NCBI GenBank assembly: GCA_963662715.1
Contig: OY759724.1
Location: forward strand, 480,001-512,000
DNA from: Candidatus Omnitrophota bacterium
GTDB lineage: Bacteria > Omnitrophota > Gorgyraeia > Zapsychrales > JANLHA01
Direction of reading: 5' to 3'
Length of the DNA stretch: 32,000 nucleotides
Shown here: piece by piece, positions 26,152-32,000 of the stretch
How positions within the stretch are numbered: the first letter of the stretch is position 1
Layout: each line of letters starts with the position of its first letter
The notes under the pieces: generated by a model
Told to the model about the DNA's origin: nothing
The model's input: only the letters and a program-made list of their open reading frames with translations
Database searches by the model: none
Program-made: the position numbers and the translations under genes

Positions 26152-27329
26152 TCCGGCTTCTCCTGCTTTATCTCCTCAAACGCTGAAATCGTTTTATCGA
26201 TGTCCTCATCTTCCAGCAGGGCGTTCACCGTTAAACGGATCCGCGCCGTGTTCTTGGCGACGCTCGGAGGGATGAACGGGACGCCATAAATGCCCCGCTC
26301 GGAAAGCATTTTGGCAGCCAGGAACGTGTTTTCGCTGGTCTTAAACACAACCGACACCAGCGGGGTCGTTGAGCCGGTCAGGTTGAATCTCATCTGATCC
26401 AGGGCCTCATACAGCTTCCTGGCGAGCCGCATGATTTTTTCTCTTAGCCGGGGGTGATCTTCCACGTAGCGCAAAGAAGCGATGGTCGCTCCGGCCATAA
26501 CAGGCGGCAATGCGGTTGAATAAAAATACATCGGGGCCTTATAACGGAAGCCGTCAATAATATCGGCCTTGCCGGCGATAAACCCGCCAAACGTCCCGAC
26601 AGCCTTGCCGAAAGACCCGGTCATCAAATCCACATCCTGATAAGTGTCCGTCAGTTCAAGAATTCCCCGGCCTTCCCGCCCCAAGACCCCCAACCCGTGG
26701 GCATCATCAACGATCACAAAAGCGTCGTGCCTGCGGGCAACATCCGTGAGTTCTTTAAGCGGAGGGGTGTCTCCGTTGGTGCTGTAAAGCCCTTCCAGGA
26801 CAATAAACTTGACGCGATAATGACAACACCGCAAGAGGGTCTTCTCAAGTTTGTTCATATCATTATGCGGGAAAATCTTAAACGCCGCTTTCGATAAGGC
26901 CACACCGTTTAACAGGGATGAATGAATCTCTTTGTCGGCAATAATAACATCGTTCTCCCCGGCCATGAGCTGAAACAGGCTCATATTGGCCTGATAACAG
27001 GAAGGAAAGACCAAAGCATCTTCCTGTTTAAGAAAACGGGCCGTAGCCAGTTCCAGTTCCCGGTTGACAGCGGACTGTCCGACGACAATAGGGGTCCCGC
27101 ACAAACTCAAACCGAAAGTCTCTAAAATCTTCGTCGCCTCCTTCTTGATGACGGCATTATTAGCGATGCCCAGATAATCATTTGTTCCTAAAGAAACCAT
27201 TTTTCTGCCGTTAACGGTAATTTCCCGGGCCAGCCCGCTCTGAACGATCTGATAATAGGCGTTGAAGTTTATATCGTCTGCCAGCTTTTTATCAATGTAC
27301 AAGCTATCAATTAATTCTTTTTTGGACAT
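26139..27329 (-). CDS. PLP-dependent alpha-oxoamine synthase family enzyme (serine palmitoyltransferase / BioF / Kbl / cysteate-acyltransferase family)
   Basis: GTNDYLGI, DKEIHSSLL (the PLP-stacking His), VDDAHGLGVLG, and GSFGKAVG (the Schiff-base Lys). I placed the start at 27329 (MSKKELI...) because GAGGAG lies 6 nt upstream. The 41-codon extension in the ORF track has no homology-like features. Confidence 0.85.
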   Translation of the reverse strand: MSKKELIDSLYIDKKLADDINFNAYYQIVQSGLAREITVNGRKMVSLGTNDYLGIANNAVIKKEATKILETFGLSLCGTPIVVGQSAVNRELELATARFLKQEDALVFPSCYQANMSLFQLMAGENDVIIADKEIHSSLLNGVALSKAAFKIFPHNDMNKLEKTLLRCCHYRVKFIVLEGLYSTNGDTPPLKELTDVARRHDAFVIVDDAHGLGVLGREGRGILELTDTYQDVDLMTGSFGKAVGTFGGFIAGKADIIDGFRYKAPMYFYSTALPPVMAGATIASLRYVEDHPRLREKIMRLARKLYEALDQMRFNLTGSTTPLVSVVFKTSENTFLAAKMLSERGIYGVPFIPPSVAKNTARIRLTVNALLEDEDIDKTISAFEEIKQEKPEWLR

Positions 27330-27518
27330 ACGCGTCTCCTCATGTTGTTTAACCCTGCCCTTAACTTGTTCACGTGCTGCTTTTCCGCCCCCTCTTATTC
27401 CAAAATGTGTTTCCCCCGGACAAAAGGCATGCCCTGATGACAAGAATCCCATTTCCTGGCGTCTGGCTTACCGTGGGTGGCCGGCGTGAGGTGTGAAAAT
27501 AATTTTGTCTACACAAAA

Positions 27519-27547
27519 AGTTTACCACTCAATTATTTATCTGTCAA
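27519..27547 (-). promoter_or_regulatory. Candidate sigma70 promoter for the lipid operon (TTGACA-N17-TAAACT, minus strand)
   Basis: Read directly. On the minus strand, TTGACA is at 27547-27542, followed by a 17-nt spacer and TAAACT at 27524-27519. This would give a leader of about 180 nt before the ATG at 27329. The -10 element is imperfect. Confidence 0.3.
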
Positions 27548-27718
27548 TTTTTATCTCTGCAGACCGCCGCACAGGACAAAACGCTCCCGGGGCAAAAAAA
27601 ATAACCCATTGTAAATTCTGCGTTACAATGAGCTATCTTCTTTCATCACATATCCCCCATGACGCCTCACAGGCAAAAAAGCAGGATTTTCACCTTACAG
27701 GGCCCGGGGAACAATTTT

Positions 27719-28042
27719 TTATTTAACGACATCATCCGCGGGCACAGTGAACATAACCCCCATGCCATCTTCTTCAAAATTAATTTTTTCTTCTTTAAGA
27801 ATGGCATAGAAATCTTTCAGGACATTTTCGTCTTCTATTAAAGCAAAAATCGTTTTGTTATGTTGCTTCTCCTGTCCGACAATTTTACGCAATCCCGCAA
27901 AAATAGGGACATCGTAAGCCAAGGCATGCGCCATGCCTTCAGAATCAATAATCGTCGCTCCGGTGATTCCGAGTTCAGCCATAATAGAAATAATGTCGTT
28001 CAGGAACTCCTCTTTATTAAGGACGATAAACAATAATTTCAT
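27719..28042 (-). CDS. PII-like (GlnB/DarA-fold) small signal-transduction protein
   Basis: 107 aa. MKLLFIVLNKEEFLNDIISIMAELGITGATIIDSEGM reproduces the beta-alpha-beta start of PII-family proteins (compare MKLVTAIIKP..L..V..AL...GI.G.TV..V.G.G). It starts 39 nt downstream of the CPA2 antiporter gene. Confidence 0.55.
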   Translation of the reverse strand: MKLLFIVLNKEEFLNDIISIMAELGITGATIIDSEGMAHALAYDVPIFAGLRKIVGQEKQHNKTIFALIEDENVLKDFYAILKEEKINFEEDGMGVMFTVPADDVVK

Positions 28043-28081
28043 ATATTCCTCCTAACCAATTTAATACACAAATGTGTGTTT

Positions 28082-29299
28082 TCAGGTACGGCGGCGATAA
28101 TTCATCAATTTCCCGACTTCGCCGGCTTTTTCTATTGCAATTTTAGTTGTCATCGGGCCAATGATTTCAAAAATAATAGTCGTGGCGGCAATCGTATTGA
28201 TAACCAAGGTCGCCACAGCTTCCCCCTCCGGCCCCAAAGCGGAGAATTCTTTTACCGTGATCAGGGCCAGACCGATAGCGACGCCTGCCTGAGATAAAAT
28301 ACCCAGGCCCAAATAATTCCTCACATTTTTATCAGCACGGCTGACTGTCGCCCCGAAGTAAGCCCCTCCGATAAGCCCCACGGTCCTGCCTATAATATAC
28401 AAAATTCCCAGAAGCCCCATGGACGGGAGCAGGTTAAGGTGTAAATGGGCGCCGGCCAGCACAAAAAAGAGCACAAAGATCGGTGCCGTAAGCCCTTCAA
28501 TGACATTGGCGGCCCTTCGGGATGCATGCAAGGATATGTTCGTAAGGACCAGCCCCACCATAAGATTAGTTAAAATGAGAGACAAGTGATATGCATTGCT
28601 TAACCCTGCACACAAAAAAATGGCCCCTAGCGTTATAACCAGAGTTTCGTTCTTTGAACGGACATGCCTCAAGACAAAAGCCAGCACCGCTCCTACCCCT
28701 GCACCTAATATCAACGATTCCACTATTTCGGCCACCGGTCCGACAAGAAACGATTCTGCCGTCATCATCTGAGCGCCCGTTATCATATTTTTGGCTAAAG
28801 CGGCGGCAAGACCGTAAATAATGATGGCCAATCCATCGTCCAGACCAACCACAGAAAGCAGGGTACTGGTTAAAGGGCCCTTGGCCTTATACTCCTGCAA
28901 AACGGCGACAGTACCCGCAGGAGCGCTGGCCGGCGCCATGGCTCCGAATATTAAGGCCAGATAACCTTTATGGGTCAAGAAATACACTAAAGCAGCTACA
29001 CAAAAAAAAGCAAAAAAAGACTCGGCAAAAATAATAGTGGCCAAACCCGCGCCCTGCCTTCTCAACACTCCCGCGCGCATCTCACTGCCGATAGTGAACG
29101 CGACTATGGCTAAGGCGATATCACTGATAATGCCCATACTGTCAACCAGATGGTCAGTGAATATCCCCAGGAAGGAAGGCCCTAATATCAGTCCGATAAG
29201 AATGTACCCCACGACCCCGGGGAATTTGAACCGGCCGACAATTTTACTGCCGGCGTAGCCCAGGATGAGGGCCAAGCCCATCAAAAATAAGATTTCCAT
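28082..29299 (-). CDS. Monovalent cation:proton antiporter, CPA2/Kef-type (Na_H_Exchanger domain only, no RCK/KTN domain)
   Basis: MEILFLMGLALILGYAGSKIVGRFKFPGVVGYILIGLILGPSFLG is the classic CPA N-terminus. 405 aa with about 12-13 TM helices, ending right after the membrane domain. Confidence 0.85.
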   Translation of the reverse strand: MEILFLMGLALILGYAGSKIVGRFKFPGVVGYILIGLILGPSFLGIFTDHLVDSMGIISDIALAIVAFTIGSEMRAGVLRRQGAGLATIIFAESFFAFFCVAALVYFLTHKGYLALIFGAMAPASAPAGTVAVLQEYKAKGPLTSTLLSVVGLDDGLAIIIYGLAAALAKNMITGAQMMTAESFLVGPVAEIVESLILGAGVGAVLAFVLRHVRSKNETLVITLGAIFLCAGLSNAYHLSLILTNLMVGLVLTNISLHASRRAANVIEGLTAPIFVLFFVLAGAHLHLNLLPSMGLLGILYIIGRTVGLIGGAYFGATVSRADKNVRNYLGLGILSQAGVAIGLALITVKEFSALGPEGEAVATLVINTIAATTIIFEIIGPMTTKIAIEKAGEVGKLMNYRRRT

Positions 29300-29317
29300 A
29301 ATAGTATCCTTACTATT

Positions 29318-29779
29318 CTAAACAGGTTCTTCAATCCTGTTAAAAGCTTTAATAATATCTTCCGCGCTGCTTGCACCAATGAGTGTGCCACGGAACTCTT
29401 CCTTTTTTAATATCCGCGTCAAATAGGCCAAGGCTTTCAAATATGTCCCCATATCTTTCTTCGGCGTCCCCAGCAGAAAGATCAGTTTAACGGGCTGATG
29501 ATCAATCGCGTCAAAATCAATACCCCGGCCAGACTTTCCAAAAGCAATGACAAGATTGTTTACGGCTTCTGTCCTGGCATGAGGCACGGCAATCTGATGT
29601 CCGATACCCGTTGTCATGGCGGCTTCCCGCTCAAAAACCTCTTGTAAAAACTGGTCAAAATCCTGGACTTCAGGAGAACCCTTCAGCAAGTCCGCCAATT
29701 CCCTGATCGCCTCTTCTTTGGTCGTTGCCTGTAAATCTGAGCAGATAAAATCTGCTTTTAAGTATTTAGATATTTCCAT
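29318..29779 (-). CDS. ptsN: PTS EIIA type-2 domain protein (PtsN / EIIA-Ntr-like regulator)
   Basis: 153 aa. The phosphorylatable His motif is TGIGHQIAVPHART; later VKLIFLLGTPK. AAAGGAG lies upstream of the ATG. It is the first gene of the antiporter operon. Confidence 0.75.
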   Translation of the reverse strand: MEISKYLKADFICSDLQATTKEEAIRELADLLKGSPEVQDFDQFLQEVFEREAAMTTGIGHQIAVPHARTEAVNNLVIAFGKSGRGIDFDAIDHQPVKLIFLLGTPKKDMGTYLKALAYLTRILKKEEFRGTLIGASSAEDIIKAFNRIEEPV

Positions 29780-29872
29780 AATAGCTTTCGCTCCTTTTTA
29801 GAAATCGTTTTGACATTTATCTAAAAAAACACTTCGTTCTATAAAATATACCAGGGATCAGAAAATAAAAAT

Positions 29873-30193
29873 TCAAATGAGAAGAGGAGGAGCATGGTTG
29901 AATAATTTTGATGATTTTGAGAAAGAAAAACATGTCGTTATAAAAACATCCGAAAATACCGGCTGGTTTGAAGAGGCCGCAGCACATGTCAGAAGAGATA
30001 ACGGCTCGTATTTAAAGGAATGGACATATTTCGATTTGATTCTTAAGTCTGTTTTTCCAATTTCATAAACTTCGCTTTCTTTCTCGATATCAACATCAAC
30101 AAAGAAAGGATTCCCCTCCCACAGGCTGAGCTGGAGGATCAGGCTCAAGGACAGGAACAGGCGGGCGATAATAAATAATTTATGTTTTAACAT
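29873..30193 (-). CDS. Hypothetical small secreted or membrane protein (weak call)
   Basis: 106-aa ORF with a signal-like N-terminus MLKHKLFIIARLFLSLSLILQLSLW, on the same strand as all its neighbours. A 63-aa ORF on the opposite strand (29877-30068) overlaps it and cannot be excluded. Confidence 0.3.
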   Translation of the reverse strand: MLKHKLFIIARLFLSLSLILQLSLWEGNPFFVDVDIEKESEVYEIGKTDLRIKSKYVHSFKYEPLSLLTCAAASSNQPVFSDVFITTCFSFSKSSKLFNHAPPLLI

Positions 30194-30628
30194 TCAGACA
30201 CCCCAAAACGACACCGGGCAACTCATATAACTCTTCCAGATATTTTCTATAATTTATAAATGAGTATCTTACAACTTAAGCCACAAATAGACAAGATTTA
30301 AATTTGCAATCAGAAAAACACCGCACCCCACACAGCAAAGGCCGTTAACCGCCGGTCAGGGGGCTGGCTGAACAGATGAAATTCTCAGGCAAGGAATTTC
30401 ACGGGCGGGGGTTTAAAACGCTGCAAATAAATATCTTATGGGATTAAAAAAGACAAAGAAAAACCGTATTCCTTATTCCTTACTGATACAAACTCGTCAA
30501 AGGATATTGCCCTTCGGATTCTCCTAATAGCATACTCCCAAGACAAGCGGAAAAAGGCCCTTTGGCCAAGGCCCAGGCTCTCGAGGTGACTGGTTTCATA
30601 TATCGGCCCTCCGCCGGAATCCCTGCCG

Positions 30629-30664
30629 CAAAAAAAATGAACAACCCAAATCTTGATTGTTCAT
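30629..30664 (-). terminator. Rho-independent terminator downstream of uppP
   Basis: Minus strand: ATGAACAA-(12 nt loop)-TTGTTCAT, a perfect 8-bp stem (30664-30637), followed by a T8 run (30636-30629), about 85 nt after the uppP stop. The stem is AT-rich and therefore weak. On the plus strand it is flanked by an A-run and a T5 run, so it may work in both directions. Confidence 0.4.
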
Positions 30665-30747
30665 TTTTCCAGAGTTGAAACAGAATATTTACCAAAGAAA
30701 ACTTCCAAAGACAGAATGTCCTCTTTACGGCCCCGCAATCAATTAAG

Positions 30748-31530
30748 CTATGCTCCGGCCACAAAAAAATAAAAAGCGGCAGCCGCCAGGACACGGTAAA
30801 CCCCGAAAGCCACAAAATTATTCCGCTGGATAAAATGCAATAAAAATTTGACCCCGGCCATAGCCACAACGAACGAGGTCACAAACCCTACAGCCAAAAA
30901 CATCATTTGTTCCGTGTTTAAAGAGACGAAACCAAAACTCTTAAACAAATCCAAAGCCGTTGCCGCAGTCATCGTAGGGACGGCCAGGAGGAAAGAGAAT
31001 TCCACAATCGTTTTGCGCCGCAGGCCCAAAACCAATCCTCCGACGATTGTGGCCGCTGACCGTGAGACACCGGGGACCATCGCCAAAGCCTGAAAAAAGC
31101 CGATCAAAACCGCGTCACGGTAAGGCAGACGGCTCAGATCGTCCTTGGCATCGGGTTTCTCCTGATAACGTTTCTCAAAAACGATCAGGAAAATCCCCCC
31201 CAGGAACAGCGCGCCCACCACGACCCCCGTGCTCCCCAAAAGAACCGTCTTGATGACCTTATAAAAAGCCAGCCCCATTATGGCCGTAGGGATAAAGGCC
31301 GCACAGATCCTCTTCAGGACCTCAATATTCACTAAGAACGACCGCGCATAAAGAACGACCACCGCTAAAATGGCTCCCATTTGAATCGCAATCTCAAAAC
31401 TCGTCAAAAAATCCGTCTGAGGAAGACCAAGAAGCTTGGCGGCAAGGATCAGATGCCCGGTTGAAGAAACCGGCAGGAATTCTGTTAACCCCTCAACAAC
31501 TCCTAAGATAAACGCGGAAAATATATTCAT
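30748..31530 (-). CDS. uppP: Undecaprenyl-diphosphate phosphatase UppP/BacA
   Basis: MNIFSAFILGVVEGLTEFLPVSSTGHLIL is the signature UppP N-terminal motif (EGxTEFLPVSSTGH). ...PGVSRSAATI is the second conserved motif. 260 aa with about 8 TM helices. Confidence 0.9.
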   Translation of the reverse strand: MNIFSAFILGVVEGLTEFLPVSSTGHLILAAKLLGLPQTDFLTSFEIAIQMGAILAVVVLYARSFLVNIEVLKRICAAFIPTAIMGLAFYKVIKTVLLGSTGVVVGALFLGGIFLIVFEKRYQEKPDAKDDLSRLPYRDAVLIGFFQALAMVPGVSRSAATIVGGLVLGLRRKTIVEFSFLLAVPTMTAATALDLFKSFGFVSLNTEQMMFLAVGFVTSFVVAMAGVKFLLHFIQRNNFVAFGVYRVLAAAAFYFFVAGA

Positions 31531-31645
31531 AACACCCTTTTTCTAGTTTAAACGGTTTTAATCCGGTCCGCTGACCAGGAACACTTTATCGGGATGAAAG
31601 AATTCACAAAAACACCTGGAGAAGAATCCAGACCAGATATGGTCT

Positions 31646-32000
31646 TTACAATTTCTTAGCCACAACAATTCCAAAACACTTATAACGTCCGACCCTCTTT
31701 ATTGTCGCGGCCCTGAACCCCGCTTTGCGGCAGACCTCCGCCCACTGCCTGAGGCTTACGCAATATTCCCCTTGGTTTAAGATGTGTTTTTTCCCGTTGT
31801 CAAACATCTTGGAGAAGGCCCCCACCCCCGGATCTTTTAAAGCGGCAATCCACTCCTGTTCCAGAACCCGAAGAATTCGTTTAAACCTTCTGATATCGGT
31901 ATGCGCACCGGTCGTATCCATATCGACTTCACCGATGATCAACACACCGCCGGGCTTAAGAATTTTCAATATGGTCTTTAAAGCCGGCAATTTGTGCTTG
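31646..32000 (-). CDS. Class I SAM-dependent methyltransferase, C-terminal part (gene continues beyond the right edge)
   Basis: LKILKPGGVLIIGEVD is the post-motif-II region of Rossmann-fold methyltransferases. The frame stays open to position 32000, so the Met at 31990 is probably internal. Confidence 0.6.
   Translation of the reverse strand, partial: KHKLPALKTILKILKPGGVLIIGEVDMDTTGAHTDIRRFKRILRVLEQEWIAALKDPGVGAFSKMFDNGKKHILNQGEYCVSLRQWAEVCRKAGFRAATIKRVGRYKCFGIVVAKKL

Noticed and set aside
22862-27329. The AOS plus epimerase-like SDR read as a Kbl/short-chain threonine dehydrogenase pair (threonine catabolism), or the AOS read as BioF (biotin).
   Set aside because: Translational coupling to two lipid kinases, a membrane prenyltransferase and a radical SAM fusion does not fit either pathway. 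No bioA, bioD or bioB is nearby. This is not formally excluded without a phylogeny, so it is listed as a refutation test.
26139-27452. The ORF-track version of the alpha-oxoamine synthase has 41 extra N-terminal codons (MGFLSSGHAFCPGETHFGIRGGG...).
   Set aside because: The extension has no SD and no family-like sequence. The internal Met at 27329 has GAGGAG 6 nt upstream and gives a normal AOS N-terminus.
29780-29872. A possible sigma54 promoter upstream of the EIIA(Ntr)-like gene (CTGGTATATTTTATAG).
   Set aside because: It has the GG but lacks the GC of the -12 element. The spacing and sequence do not match TGGCAC-N5-TTGCA.
30480-30869. 129-aa minus-strand ORF overlapping the 3' end of uppP.
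   Set aside because: It overlaps a confidently identified gene out of frame and spans the uppP terminator. Only the distal 39-codon part, which has its own SD, is kept as a speculative sORF.
1-32000. A search for CRISPR repeats, tandem repeats, tRNA/rRNA genes, IS elements, integrases and phage or defence genes.
   Set aside because: I saw no regularly spaced direct repeats and no tRNA-like T-loop/acceptor pattern in the intergenic gaps. No ORF has a transposase, integrase or nuclease signature. Visual inspection can miss short or degenerate elements.

Overview
Bacterial chromosomal window, about 90% coding, with roughly 33 CDS, mostly on the minus strand. I found no rRNA, tRNA, CRISPR array, transposase or integrase. 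Modules from left to right: (1) a nickel-uptake operon nikR-nikK-nikM-nikL-nikQ (ECF/CbiMQ type), with the heptamer GTGTTAC in both of its upstream regions; (2) a Zn-dependent alcohol dehydrogenase and an LsrF-like DhnA-family aldolase/thiolase; (3) a small Cys-rich protein divergent from an MMPL/RND exporter; (4) a YchF-like NTPase with degenerate P-loop and G3 motifs; (5) two convergent envelope-glycosylation operons: an ArnC/GtrB-like GT2 plus a SAM methyltransferase, facing an ArnT/PMT-like GT-C plus two polytopic membrane proteins; (6) a PAPS module: cysQ divergent from cysC-cysD-cysN. Here CysC has a DUF2061-like membrane domain at its N-terminus, and CysN carries a catalytically degenerate APS-kinase-like C-terminal domain; (7) a GC-rich, inverted-repeat-dense 125-nt intergenic island that may be a structured RNA; (8) a Fur-family regulator followed by a His-rich membrane protein; (9) the most interesting region: a tightly overlapping minus-strand operon (27329 to 20496) encoding an alpha-oxoamine synthase (Spt/BioF/Kbl family), a DAGK-fold lipid kinase, an extended-SDR::radical-SAM(SPASM-like) fusion protein, a DGGGPS/ChlG-like UbiA prenyltransferase, a 4-TM protein and a second DAGK-fold kinase. 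I interpret it as a candidate pathway for an undescribed amino-lipid (sphingoid-like, possibly prenylated or ether-linked); (10) an EIIA(Ntr)-like / RCK-less CPA2 antiporter / PII-like operon; (11) uppP and a truncated methyltransferase. All functional calls come from reading motifs by eye and from remembered family signatures. No database search was run.
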